A DNA stretch of 64,000 nucleotides from Escherichia coli (GTDB lineage: Bacteria > Pseudomonadota > Gammaproteobacteria > Enterobacterales > Enterobacteriaceae), in the NCBI RefSeq assembly GCF_048403405.1, contig NZ_CP183131.1. The stretch is one strand, 5' to 3'. A program made the position numbers and the translations under genes. Below, piece after piece: positions 11,614 to 21,035 of this stretch. The number at the start of each line of letters is the position of its first letter. Position 1 is the stretch's first letter. The notes under the pieces were generated by a model, which was not told where the DNA came from, ran no database searches, and saw only the letters and a list, made by a program, of their open reading frames with translations.

Positions 11614-12627
11614 ATGAAAACCGCCACTGCGCCGTTACCACCGCTGCGTTCGGTCAAGGTTCTGGACCAGTTGCGTGAGCGCATACGCTACTTGCATTAC
11701 AGCTTACCAACCGAACAGGCTTATGTCCACTGGGTTCGTGCCTTCATCCGTTTCCACGGTGTGCGTCACCCGGCAACCTTGGGCAGCAGCGAAGTCGAGG
11801 CATTTCTGTCCTGGCTGGCGAACGAGCGCAAGGTTTCGGTCTCCACGCATCGTCAGGCATTGGCGGCCTTGCTGTTCTTCTACGGCAAGGTGCTGTGCAC
11901 GGATCTGCCCTGGCTTCAGGAGATCGGAAGACCTCGGCCGTCGCGGCGCTTGCCGGTGGTGCTGACCCCGGATGAAGTGGTTCGCATCCTCGGTTTTCTG
12001 GAAGGCGAGCATCGTTTGTTCGCCCAGCTTCTGTATGGAACGGGCATGCGGATCAGTGAGGGTTTGCAACTGCGGGTCAAGGATCTGGATTTCGATCACG
12101 GCACGATCATCGTGCGGGAGGGCAAGGGCTCCAAGGATCGGGCCTTGATGTTACCCGAGAGCTTGGCACCCAGCCTGCGCGAGCAGCTGTCGCGTGCACG
12201 GGCATGGTGGCTGAAGGACCAGGCCGAGGGCCGCAGCGGCGTTGCGCTTCCCGACGCCCTTGAGCGGAAGTATCCGCGCGCCGGGCATTCCTGGCCGTGG
12301 TTCTGGGTTTTTGCGCAGCACACGCATTCGACCGATCCACGGAGCGGTGTCGTGCGTCGCCATCACATGTATGACCAGACCTTTCAGCGCGCCTTCAAAC
12401 GTGCCGTAGAACAAGCAGGCATCACGAAGCCCGCCACACCGCACACCCTCCGCCACTCGTTCGCGACGGCCTTGCTCCGCAGCGGTTACGACATTCGAAC
12501 CGTGCAGGATCTGCTCGGCCATTCCGACGTCTCTACGACGATGATTTACACGCATGTGCTGAAAGTTGGCGGTGCCGGAGTGCGCTCACCGCTTGATGCG
12601 CTGCCGCCCCTCACTAGTGAGAGGTAG
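11614..12627 (+). CDS. intI1: Class 1 integron integrase IntI1
   Basis: 337 aa, [53 protein letters not shown]…; divergent from the cassettes. Confidence 0.95.
   Translation: MKTATAPLPPLRSVKVLDQLRERIRYLHYSLPTEQAYVHWVRAFIRFHGVRHPATLGSSEVEAFLSWLANERKVSVSTHRQALAALLFFYGKVLCTDLPWLQEIGRPRPSRRLPVVLTPDEVVRILGFLEGEHRLFAQLLYGTGMRISEGLQLRVKDLDFDHGTIIVREGKGSKDRALMLPESLAPSLREQLSRARAWWLKDQAEGRSGVALPDALERKYPRAGHSWPWFWVFAQHTHSTDPRSGVVRRHHMYDQTFQRAFKRAVEQAGITKPATPHTLRHSFATALLRSGYDIRTVQDLLGHSDVSTTMIYTHVLKVGGAGVRSPLDALPPLTSER
11701..11729 (-). promoter_or_regulatory. Cassette promoter Pc, weak variant with extended -10 (PcW TGN-10)
   Basis: Minus strand reads TGGACA-N17-TAAGCT, with TGG immediately upstream of the -10 (gttggtaagct). 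Confidence 0.75.
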
Positions 12628-12804
12628 GGCAGCGCAAGTCAATCCTGGCGGATTCACTACCCCTGCGCGAAGGCCATCGGTGCCGCATCGAACGGCCGGT
12701 TGCGGAAAGTCCTCCCTGCGTCCGCTGATGGCCGGCAGCAGCCCGTCGTTGCCTGATGGATCCAACCCCTCCGCTGCTATAGTGCAGTCGGCTTCTGACG
12801 TTCA

Positions 12805-12829
12805 GTGCAGCCGTCTTCTGAAAACGACA
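12805..12829. repeat. IRi, 25-bp integrase-end inverted repeat of the class 1 integron
   Basis: gtgcagccgtcttctgaaaacgaca is the reverse complement of the canonical IRi; 20 bp later the sequence is cut by IS26. Confidence 0.75.
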
Positions 12830-12849
12830 ATGGAGGTGGTAGCCGAGGG

Positions 12850-13669
12850 GGCACTGTTGCAAAGTTAGCGATGAGGCAGCCTTTTGTCTTATTCAAAGGC
12901 CTTACATTTCAAAAACTCTGCTTACCAGGCGCATTTCGCCCAGGGGATCACCATAATAAAATGCTGAGGCCTGGCCTTTGCGTAGTGCACGCATCACCTC
13001 AATACCTTTGATGGTGGCGTAAGCCGTCTTCATGGATTTAAATCCCAGCGTGGCGCCGATTATCCGTTTCAGTTTGCCATGATCGCATTCAATCACGTTG
13101 TTCCGGTACTTAATCTGTCGGTGTTCAACGTCAGACGGGCACCGGCCTTCGCGTTTGAGCAGAGCAAGCGCGCGACCATAGGCGGGCGCTTTATCCGTGT
13201 TGATGAATCGCGGGATCTGCCACTTCTTCACGTTGTTGAGGATTTTACCCAGAAACCGGTATGCAGCTTTGCTGTTACGACGGGAGGAGAGATAAAAATC
13301 GACAGTGCGGCCCCGGCTGTCGACGGCCCGGTACAGATACGCCCAGCGGCCATTGACCTTCACGTAGGTTTCATCCATGTGCCACGGGCAAAGATCGGAA
13401 GGGTTACGCCAGTACCAGCGCAGCCGTTTTTCCATTTCAGGCGCATAACGCTGAACCCAGCGGTAAATCGTGGAGTGATCGACATTCACTCCGCGTTCAG
13501 CCAGCATCTCCTGCAGCTCACGGTAACTGATGCCGTATTTGCAGTACCAGCGTACGGCCCACAGAATGATGTCACGCTGAAAATGCCGGCCTTTGAATGG
13601 GTTCATGTGCAGCTCCATCAGCAAAAGGGGATGATAAGTTTATCACCACCGACTATTTGCAACAGTGCC
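12850..13669 (-). mobile_element. IS26: IS26, complete 820 bp (tnp26 12902-13606, minus strand)
   Basis: Terminal IRs at 12850-12863 and 13656-13669; identical Tnp26 ORF; inverted relative to the copy at the window start. Confidence 0.97.
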
Positions 13670-13962
13670 GTATCACTCATGGCCTGTTTCGGCTTCACAA
13701 AAAAATGGTTCATTTTGTGCGCAAACGTCCAGCTTTCAGAATCGCCAAAAGCATGAGTGATATAGGTTTCGTCAGGCGCGACAACAATGTGGGTAGCCAC
13801 ACCGGCGATAGCGTCAATTTTGACCACATTAACAGGGTTATAAACAACGCTTTTAATGCGATAGTCATAAGGATAATTGCGGCCAACCTCAAGCGCCATA
13901 ACGTTAGTGGCCGCGCCTCCCAGGACTGACAAAACGACTGCTGAAAGAAGTAGTTTTTTCAT
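13670..13962 (-). pseudogene. traO: traO (VirB9-like), 5' portion including signal peptide; interrupted by IS26
   Basis: MKKLLLSAVVLSVLGGAATNVMA signal peptide then VirB9 N-domain; ORF reads into the IS26 IR; 8-bp gtatcact at the junction. Confidence 0.8.
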
Positions 13963-13972
13963 GGGGCAGCCC

Positions 13973-14359
13973 TCAGTTAACTTCAGGGTTGACGCGATAA
14001 CTCGTCACGCGGAAACCCAGCGGGTTGACATAACGCTGCTCAGCATTCATCGCCAGCGATTTATATTCATACCCCATAATGGCAATCCAGCGCTGCGGCT
14101 GATCATCAACGGGATTGCTGCGCACGCGGCGAACCGTAGTAAAGCGTATCGTTGCTACGCCGTGCGGTTTATCGAGGATCACAGAGTTAATCTTCACGCG
14201 GGTCGTTTCACTGTCGCCCAGAACCTTATCAAGACCGTTGCGGCCCTTGAACTTGCTCTGGTAAGACTCTGCCACGTTCGGCGTGGACATTAAGCCAACG
14301 GCCGTTATGCTCTCTAGTTGAACGACGGATCTCTTCCGAAACTCCACGCAAAAAACCAA
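13973..14359 (-). pseudogene. traE: traE (VirB8-like), 3' portion only; 5'-truncated at a recombination junction
   Basis: C-terminal VirB8-type domain (…NPLGFRVTSYRVNPEVN); in-frame stop directly upstream of the first codon; no N-terminal TM region. Confidence 0.6.
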
Positions 14360-14732
14360 TTACATTGGCCCGGAATGTACGTCTCTTCTCCTCTATCTCA
14401 AGCAAGTAACTCAAGTAGAAGTAAAACGGTATCGAGACGAACAATGACAAAGGGAACCAGCCTTTTTCGCTGGCAGAAACAAAGAGTCTCGGCTCAAACA
14501 TTTTCATGGCGAGGGTCGCCATTAGCACAGAGACAACTACTGGAGTCACCGCCATCAAAAATCGGGAATGAAGGTACGCCATCCAGACCCCAGCGACTAA
14601 AGCTGTTAGCGAGAGGAACATAGCAACAACCAACGGGCTCGCATCAATGGCGATTAGCCCTATCTGGACGATAATGACGAAGCAAAGAAGCAATATTCTG
14701 TATAAAAATGACCGCATTCCAACCCACCTCAA
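14360..14732 (-). pseudogene. Multi-TM membrane protein, apparently 3'-truncated and frame-fused to traE-derived sequence
   Basis: 167-aa ORF with 3-4 hydrophobic helices; its last ~40 codons overlap the VirB8 fragment in another frame. Confidence 0.4.
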
Positions 14733-15313
14733 TCCAAGATAATCTTGCGCTTATCTTTCTGAATTTCGATAGGCTGCTCCGGTTCACTCAGAACACCCTC
14801 TGACGCTTTCAGATCTTGAATACTTGGAAAGCCCTTCCCTGCTCCTGCTTTTCTTGGTCTCTGCTCTGTTACCTCAATCGCTATTTCATCCCCCTCCCGG
14901 AACTGCGGGTAACAACCAGCGCGGTTGGCATAGCGATTCAACGACATTTTGAGCAGCCGGTATTTCTTTGGGCAGGTTATTTGTACTGACGCATCAGAGC
15001 TGCAAGCTGCGTCAAGCCGCCGGAAAAATTCCTCCGGTATCCCCTTTACAAGGAGATCGCTCAACTCATCCATAGGCCTTGAGCCGGTTGGCATCGGATA
15101 TGGCAACCTCCGGTATTCTCTGTAGATGTACCGCTTGATGACGATATGAAAGACGAATGCGGCAAAGCCCCACAAAGGGCCATTAAGGAGCCCCGCAACG
15201 ATAAGTAGCACCGACGGGAAGGGAACCCCTACGAAACTCGGCAGGACTTTAATCTTTACCATCGGCGTTGACCGACGCACACTCTCACTCATTTGCTGAC
15301 CCTTTACGTGCAA
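14729..15313 (-). CDS. Membrane-anchored hypothetical protein with C-terminal …PIEIQKDKRKIILD tail
   Basis: One TM segment; the C-terminal 14 aa nearly match the tail of the 16069-17253 product. Confidence 0.5.
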   Translation of the reverse strand: MHVKGQQMSESVRRSTPMVKIKVLPSFVGVPFPSVLLIVAGLLNGPLWGFAAFVFHIVIKRYIYREYRRLPYPMPTGSRPMDELSDLLVKGIPEEFFRRLDAACSSDASVQITCPKKYRLLKMSLNRYANRAGCYPQFREGDEIAIEVTEQRPRKAGAGKGFPSIQDLKASEGVLSEPEQPIEIQKDKRKIILD

Positions 15314-15713
15314 CCTTGTACTGCACTTTCAGATCGTAACCATACACTTCCTGATGAAGGACTTTCACGGGGACACCTTCAACGGTCCCCAGGTACACGC
15401 TCAGCTCAACTTCCGGAACATCGTCCCTGAGACCCAGTACATTGCGCCACCCAGTCGATGTCTTCTGGCAGTGAGCGCCCACCCTGTCATGCCGGTAGTA
15501 AATGTCTTTGTTATCTCCTTGGCAGATGAAGAATCCACTAACCTGCCCCGTCCTTAACACCCACTTGCGGTTGTGGAAGGTAGCTTCTTTCTCCACCTCA
15601 GTGGACTTGTCTATAGCCACCGGGCTTACCACCAGCTCTTGTGCGGCCAAATCAGACACAAGGCCTATTACCAACGCGGATAACAGAGCGGCCATAGCCG
15701 CCCGTGTCATCAT
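15285..15713 (-). CDS. Secreted hypothetical protein, paralogous to the periplasmic domain of the 16069-17253 product
   Basis: Signal peptide; shared pattern KW..L.G…G(F/Y)F(I/V)C.G. Confidence 0.5.
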   Translation of the reverse strand: MMTRAAMAALLSALVIGLVSDLAAQELVVSPVAIDKSTEVEKEATFHNRKWVLRTGQVSGFFICQGDNKDIYYRHDRVGAHCQKTSTGWRNVLGLRDDVPEVELSVYLGTVEGVPVKVLHQEVYGYDLKVQYKVARKGSANE

Positions 15714-16069
15714 ACTGCCGCCTCGTGAGTGGCATCGGCAAAGAATTTGCCTTGTTTGTAGATCTCGTCCTTCTCGAACGAGATAGCATCCGCACGACTG
15801 CTGAATGGGCCATAGCTTTTACCGTCGATCAGCACCTTCCACTGGCAACGCCAAACACGAGTCCATGCCGCAATCTTTGACTCGTCTGAACAAAGTCCGC
15901 GAATAACATAGAACGCAATCATTAGAATGCCGCTCGTCGGCACGATGCGCGAAACCCTTGTTTTACTGTATTCCTGCACTTCAAGGCCTTTGAAGGAAAC
16001 CTCATCGGCAAACCCGCAGACCTCACCATTTTTGATTACGATGCGCTTTTTGCTCATAACCGACCCCAC
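15710..16069 (-). CDS. Hypothetical protein
   Basis: 119-aa ORF, start/stop coupled with neighbours in the same operon. Confidence 0.4.
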   Translation of the reverse strand: MGSVMSKKRIVIKNGEVCGFADEVSFKGLEVQEYSKTRVSRIVPTSGILMIAFYVIRGLCSDESKIAAWTRVWRCQWKVLIDGKSYGPFSSRADAISFEKDEIYKQGKFFADATHEAAV

Positions 16070-17253
16070 TAATCCAAAATAATTTTGCGCTTGCCTGGCT
16101 GTACTTCGATTGGCTCTTCCTTTTGCACCTTTGGTGCCGGAGCTGATGAGCTGACAACCACCGGTTCTCTTTCTGTGTTTTGTTGCTGGCGCTCACGGAG
16201 TTCATCCACTGAGGGAGGCTCATTGCTTGGTCGTTCAGCCCTTTCTGCACGTCGGGCTTCTCTTAACAACTCATCAATTTCGGAGTCGCTCCGGTTATTC
16301 ATAAAAGCTCTATAGGCAAAGAAAATCAGCACCGGTACTATTGCCACCAAGAAGAAAGGAAATGAGCTTCCGCTATCTTCCACTGGCTTGGTACTGGCCG
16401 CGCCTGTATCGAATACGGTACGAATAACCGTTGGCGCGGTCATGATCATAATTGCAGGCATTATCCCCATCACAATTCCTGATGGGCTCTGCCTCATAAT
16501 TCCACTAGCAACCCCAAACACCAGCATCAATCCCGCTATGACTTTGACGAAAGAGCTATCCATTAGACCGATCATGGAGTCACTTACCTCCTCGAACGGA
16601 CTTTGAAACGCACTGGTATTGCGGTCAGTGTCTTGTGCAGCATTAATCTGCTTGGGAGGTTCACTCTTTGGTGCAGTCACTATGGATGACGCTGATTGTT
16701 GGCTGGCAGCCTTCTGCGTTTCACCATCCTGCTTGACCACCCCCAGATCCTGAGTTTTGACGTGCGTTTGTGCTGGTGGTGCTAACTGGTATTTGACTGC
16801 CAGGTTGTTGCCGTGGACTTCAATGGTTTGCAGGGAGATGGGTTTACCTTCCAACTTGGTCAGAGCTTCTTGGAGCGGCAGCTCCTGAGCATCAGTCATA
16901 CCGCCCATAAAGCCATTAAACCCGTCATCATGAATACGGCATCGCAGCCTTCCCGAATAGCTACGGTATTCACCTGGGCAAACAAAATAGCCGCCCTGAG
17001 GGCCATCCAGTTTGCGCCATTTATTGCTTTTGAAGGCCTCCACTTTGGTCACAACTGGCTGACCGTCATGGTAATCAATGACCGTTTTGCTCTCCGGGCC
17101 AGTGTCCTCTATCTTCTTGCTGCCTGAGTCATCTGAGAGCATTTGCCCCACCATAACGCCAGTCACAAAGTCACTGGCAAAGGCCGCAGGAGCTGCGACC
17201 ATGAGACCAACCAGCAAAAGAAGGGGGACGCGCCCTGTCCTTCTCATCACCAT
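16069..17253 (-). CDS. Envelope protein: signal peptide, periplasmic domain, TM helices, charged cytoplasmic tail ending …PIEVQPGKRKIILD
   Basis: 394 aa; domain order inferred from hydrophobicity; start overlaps the upstream DUF2997-like gene stop. Confidence 0.55.
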   Translation of the reverse strand: MVMRRTGRVPLLLLVGLMVAAPAAFASDFVTGVMVGQMLSDDSGSKKIEDTGPESKTVIDYHDGQPVVTKVEAFKSNKWRKLDGPQGGYFVCPGEYRSYSGRLRCRIHDDGFNGFMGGMTDAQELPLQEALTKLEGKPISLQTIEVHGNNLAVKYQLAPPAQTHVKTQDLGVVKQDGETQKAASQQSASSIVTAPKSEPPKQINAAQDTDRNTSAFQSPFEEVSDSMIGLMDSSFVKVIAGLMLVFGVASGIMRQSPSGIVMGIMPAIMIMTAPTVIRTVFDTGAASTKPVEDSGSSFPFFLVAIVPVLIFFAYRAFMNNRSDSEIDELLREARRAERAERPSNEPPSVDELRERQQQNTEREPVVVSSSAPAPKVQKEEPIEVQPGKRKIILD

Positions 17254-17441
17254 TCGTTCTGTTCCGTTTCGTGCTGGGTTTGACCAGCATTGAAGTGGTA
17301 CTCGGGTTTCAGCTCTTTTTCTTCGACTTCGAGCTCTTCCGGGCGAATACGCTGTTCCAGCGCTTCACAGGTCTTACCCTGAAACCCCGTGAAATCGGCA
17401 GCAATCTTGCCGCCCTTGATCTTGATGTTTACCTTTTTCAC
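17247..17441 (-). CDS. Small protein resembling the DUF2997 family
   Basis: 64 aa, MKKVNIKIKGGKIAADFTGFQGKTCEALEQ…; family assignment from memory. Confidence 0.45.
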   Translation of the reverse strand: MKKVNIKIKGGKIAADFTGFQGKTCEALEQRIRPEELEVEEKELKPEYHFNAGQTQHETEQNEW

Positions 17442-17489
17442 TTTGTCACCTCGTCGTTAAGTTCAACTAATCTGATTGCCTTGGCGCTA

Positions 17490-17882
17490 TTACCAAACAG
17501 CTTCCTCAGCTTCCAGTTCCAAAGTGCCATCGTGATGCTGCTTCACCGTCACGCTGAAACCTTCCTCTTTCAACTGCTGCTCGTAGTGGAAGGCAATGTA
17601 GCGATCCTGCACCTTGCTGCTTGCCTGCTGCGTCCAGCGGCCATAAGAGCCGTAGTTTTCCTGGTACTGCTCCCAAACACCGTTTTTTTCCTTGTAGCCA
17701 ATCCGGTGCTCCTTGTTGTTCTGGTCGATCAGAACAATCGGGTATTTCTCGAAGGTGTAGCCAGCGCCCACGCGGTACAGCTTTTCGTTTTCAACAACAA
17801 CGCCAACTCCCTCCAGAGCCTTCAACAGCAGCTCTTTGTCTTTGTAGGCGACCTGCACCTTGCCTTTTACGATATGGCTCAT
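17490..17882 (-). CDS. Protein resembling the DUF1257 family
   Basis: 130 aa, N-terminus MSHIVKGKVQVAYKDKELLLKALEGVG; family assignment from memory. Confidence 0.45.
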   Translation of the reverse strand: MSHIVKGKVQVAYKDKELLLKALEGVGVVVENEKLYRVGAGYTFEKYPIVLIDQNNKEHRIGYKEKNGVWEQYQENYGSYGRWTQQASSKVQDRYIAFHYEQQLKEEGFSVTVKQHHDGTLELEAEEAVW

Positions 17883-17886
17883 CTCA

Positions 17887-18225
17887 TCACTCCTGAGTTG
17901 TTTCGGGTGTCATGCCGTGTTCCGACATAACAAAGTTAAGCGCGGCAATGGAATAGTCTTGCCCGAGAGAAACTTCGATCTTTCCTTCTTTCTCCAGCTT
18001 TCGGCCAAGCTCGGTAAGGTTTTCCATCATGGGGATGAGCTTGAACAACGAACTCATGTAGGTGATCGATGTGGAAACGTCTCGGGCGAACTGGTCCAGC
18101 ACCTTACTCTTGTCGATAACCAGAGGCTCTGGTCTATCCACTCCATCTTTTTCTGACTGGAGTTTGCTGCACAGCTTGAGCAGCTCAATCCCCTTCTCAA
18201 TGTCTTGTTTGTACATAACGGTCAA
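17887..18225 (-). CDS. Hypothetical protein
   Basis: 112-aa ORF between the AAA+ gene and the DUF1257-like gene. Confidence 0.4.
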   Translation of the reverse strand: MTVMYKQDIEKGIELLKLCSKLQSEKDGVDRPEPLVIDKSKVLDQFARDVSTSITYMSSLFKLIPMMENLTELGRKLEKEGKIEVSLGQDYSIAALNFVMSEHGMTPETTQE

Positions 18226-18371
18226 TTCTCCTCTCTGCCGTTTTGATGCTCTCTCCTGGCCGCACCAGCTCGCTCCCTAGCCCACTCAGCTAGAGCATTG
18301 ATTAAGTCGCTGACTTCTGAGTGGAATATCAATGACACAGCAAGAGCAGTCCAAAAAATCCACTCCATCGC

Positions 18372-19835
18372 TTAGTCCTCGATGGCAAGTTTGCGTCCAG
18401 AGCCATTCTGCTCTTGAACATCGAAGTTATTGGCCGGATAGAAGCCTTGATCCCGCAAACTGCGAATCTGGTTGATGTCTTCCCGGCGAGTTTCACTGGT
18501 CGGGGTAATGCGAGTGACCGCATCCACCAGCGCTTCATTGTTGAGCTCTTTGTCCTGAGCGTTCGCCAGATACATCGCGTCAATGACGGCCTGTTCAATC
18601 TCTGCCCCGGTGTATCCCTCGGTGGTACGAAGTAGCGTAGGCATATCGAACGCGGCGATGTTGGCCTTCTGCTTGGCGAGGTGGATCTCAAAAATCTTCT
18701 GGCGCTCAGCCACACTTGGCAGATCAATGAAGAATGCTCGGTCCCAGCGGCCAGCTCGCATCAATTCAGGAGGCAGCGACTGAACCCGGTTGGCCGTCGC
18801 CACAATGAAGATCTTCTTCTTGCGCTCTTGAAGCCAGTAGAGGAAAGAGCCCAGCAGGCGCTTGGATACTTCGTGTTCGCCATCGGCATTACCAAAAAAC
18901 TTCTCCATCTCGTCAATCAACACAACAACGGGTGCGATCTGCTCAATGGTCTGCAATGCACGATTGAACTGGCGCTCGGTTTCACCGAGATACTTGCTAT
19001 AGAAACGGCCCATATCCAGGCGAACCAAGGTAGTGCCAAGTACACCGGCAGCGGCTTTTGCCGTCAGCGATTTACCACCACCAGGTACACCGGCCAGAAG
19101 GACACCTTTTACCGGAAGGTCTTTGTCCCAACCGGCTTTACGTATCTGGAGGAACTCCTTGAGGTTTTCGAGACCACCGACATTCCCAATATCAATGGCC
19201 TCAAGCACATCGAGGCCGACATCACGCAAGATGTGAGCTTTTTCTTTTCGGATCTCGCCCAGGTATTCTTCACCCTTGAATTTCAAGTAAGCGGAGTAGG
19301 TGAAGACGTTCTTCATCTGGGTGTGTGACAAGCCCAAGGCGTGGTTTGCGATGACAGCACGTTCGTTGCTCTCGAAGACTCCACCATCTTTCACGTTATC
19401 TTCACAGGTCTGGAGCAGTTTCAGGATTTCCTGATTGCTCATAGCCGGGAGATCGATGTGATAAACGAACTCTTCATTGAAGACGTCTTTGCCAGCGATG
19501 ATGTAGTTGATCCCCTCATTCTCCAGATAGGTCAGTGATGACTTGAGGGCTGGGAGTGTTTCCGGGTTTGCACGTTGGCGGTCGAAAAAGAAAGTGTCGA
19601 ACACGACAACTCCGTTTTTGGAGGACTTCTTGGACTCGTCCACCATTGCCTTCATCGTGCCTGGATCAGGCAGCTTCTTGAATGGCATTACAATAAAGTG
19701 CTTGCCGACTTTCTTTGCAATGTCAGAGAAAACGCTCTCTGCGCGGCCCAGCTCAAAAGTGCTAACGTTGATGACTGGAAAGGACAACTTGATTGGAATC
19801 TCAAGTTTGTCCATTTGCTGTGTAATATCGCTCAT
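18372..19835 (-). CDS. AAA+ ATPase (Ycf46/CbbX-like, C-terminal AAA module)
   Basis: 487 aa; Walker A GVPGGGKS, Walker B VVLIDEMEKF, arginine-finger region; N-terminal ~230 aa of unknown function. Confidence 0.8.
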   Translation of the reverse strand: MSDITQQMDKLEIPIKLSFPVINVSTFELGRAESVFSDIAKKVGKHFIVMPFKKLPDPGTMKAMVDESKKSSKNGVVVFDTFFFDRQRANPETLPALKSSLTYLENEGINYIIAGKDVFNEEFVYHIDLPAMSNQEILKLLQTCEDNVKDGGVFESNERAVIANHALGLSHTQMKNVFTYSAYLKFKGEEYLGEIRKEKAHILRDVGLDVLEAIDIGNVGGLENLKEFLQIRKAGWDKDLPVKGVLLAGVPGGGKSLTAKAAAGVLGTTLVRLDMGRFYSKYLGETERQFNRALQTIEQIAPVVVLIDEMEKFFGNADGEHEVSKRLLGSFLYWLQERKKKIFIVATANRVQSLPPELMRAGRWDRAFFIDLPSVAERQKIFEIHLAKQKANIAAFDMPTLLRTTEGYTGAEIEQAVIDAMYLANAQDKELNNEALVDAVTRITPTSETRREDINQIRSLRDQGFYPANNFDVQEQNGSGRKLAIED

Positions 19836-19877
19836 CGCTTATCCTTTAAATAAATTTCGACTTGTTGATCACCTCAC

Positions 19878-19906
19878 ATCATAAGTTCATTTTATGATGC
19901 TGTAAA
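19878..19906 (-). promoter_or_regulatory. Putative sigma70 promoter TTTACA-N17-TATGAT upstream of the AAA+ ATPase operon
   Basis: Minus strand: -35 at 19901-19906, -10 at 19878-19883, 43 bp before the start codon. Confidence 0.45.
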
Positions 19907-19908
19907 TA

Positions 19909-20841
19909 TCACCTTCCAACTCTGTAGCTGTTCACGGCGGACTCAACGCGCTTGACTGACACGTCTATACCATTTGTCACCAGCAACTCATGCACTTGGC
20001 AACAGGCCTGTTGTTTCAGGCCAAAGAACTCTTCGTTAACACGGGCATACTCTGCTGCCGAATTGGAGGCGGCTCGTCTTAGATCTGGCATCAGAGATTC
20101 AACGCGAGACTCTACTTTGTCCAGAGAGGAACTGGCAGACGACAAGCTGAACAGCGAGAAGACGCTCCCAAAGTCGAAACCATCATTCAAACCGGCAAAG
20201 TCCATACCCAGATCGATAAACTCAGTTGCCATTGAGTGGTGCAGTGAGCCCACAATGTCACGATGATCCCCCAGCGCATTTGCGAAGGCTTTCACAGCTC
20301 TCTTCGCATCGTCTATTTCACTGCTGGCCGAGGAGTTTGACATCGACGACATGACGGAAATGCCCTTGTTGTCAGTCACAAGGTCGAGAACCTCCATTGT
20401 TTGTGCTGATGAAACACTGGAAGAGGCCTCACTGATTTCACGTAAGGCTTTTTGCCCCATGTCCACCAGTCGCTTGTTGCTCTCGTGGAGTCGAGATGCG
20501 GCGTCAAGCCTATCTTGAGCTTGGGTGATTCGTTCCAGAATCTGGCTACCGTCAATCGCTTGCTTCACGGCCCGAGAAACCAATCCCTCTTTGAGCTGGT
20601 CTCTCCCACGGCGCAAATACCGCAAATCGCTGTTATGGCCTTTTAGTGCTGAACGTATAACGGCGATGTCTCGACGAAACTGCCAGAACGTTATAATTTT
20701 TTGCCAGATCCCCAACTGAGCACGCTGTTGGCAAAGAGCTTCGTACTCTGCACCTTTCTCTTCAACCTGGCTGAGAGCTGCGGTAATCCTGTCTTGATAT
20801 TGCCGGTCGTCAGCCAAGTAACTTTGAATTGCTTGTTCCAT
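19909..20841 (-). CDS. Hypothetical protein (Ser-rich middle region)
   Basis: ORF; ATG at 20841 preferred over the TTG at 20853. Confidence 0.45.
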   Translation of the reverse strand: MEQAIQSYLADDRQYQDRITAALSQVEEKGAEYEALCQQRAQLGIWQKIITFWQFRRDIAVIRSALKGHNSDLRYLRRGRDQLKEGLVSRAVKQAIDGSQILERITQAQDRLDAASRLHESNKRLVDMGQKALREISEASSSVSSAQTMEVLDLVTDNKGISVMSSMSNSSASSEIDDAKRAVKAFANALGDHRDIVGSLHHSMATEFIDLGMDFAGLNDGFDFGSVFSLFSLSSASSSLDKVESRVESLMPDLRRAASNSAAEYARVNEEFFGLKQQACCQVHELLVTNGIDVSVKRVESAVNSYRVGR

Positions 20842-20854
20842 CCCGTACCCCAAA

Positions 20855-20874
20855 AACTTTCACATGTGAAAGTT
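20855..20874. promoter_or_regulatory. Palindromic operator-like site AACTTTCACATGTGAAAGTT (copy 1 of 8)
   Basis: Perfect 20-bp palindrome directly upstream of the 19909-20841 gene. Confidence 0.5.
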
Positions 20875-21035
20875 CATTCTTTCTTTGTTCTGCCAGTACA
20901 AAGTATTTTGCCTTAGAACGACCTCACACCCCGCCCCTGCTCACGCCCATTTTGGGCAATTACAGATTCAGCATTTACAGGCTTATAATGTGATGCCGTA
21001 ATAGACAAATAAAAAACGGCATAGCCGTTTTTACC

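Noticed and set aside
14229-14359. C-terminal 40 codons of the 167-aa membrane-protein ORF
   Set aside because: This part overlaps the VirB8 fragment in another frame and is probably a frame artefact created by the recombination junction.
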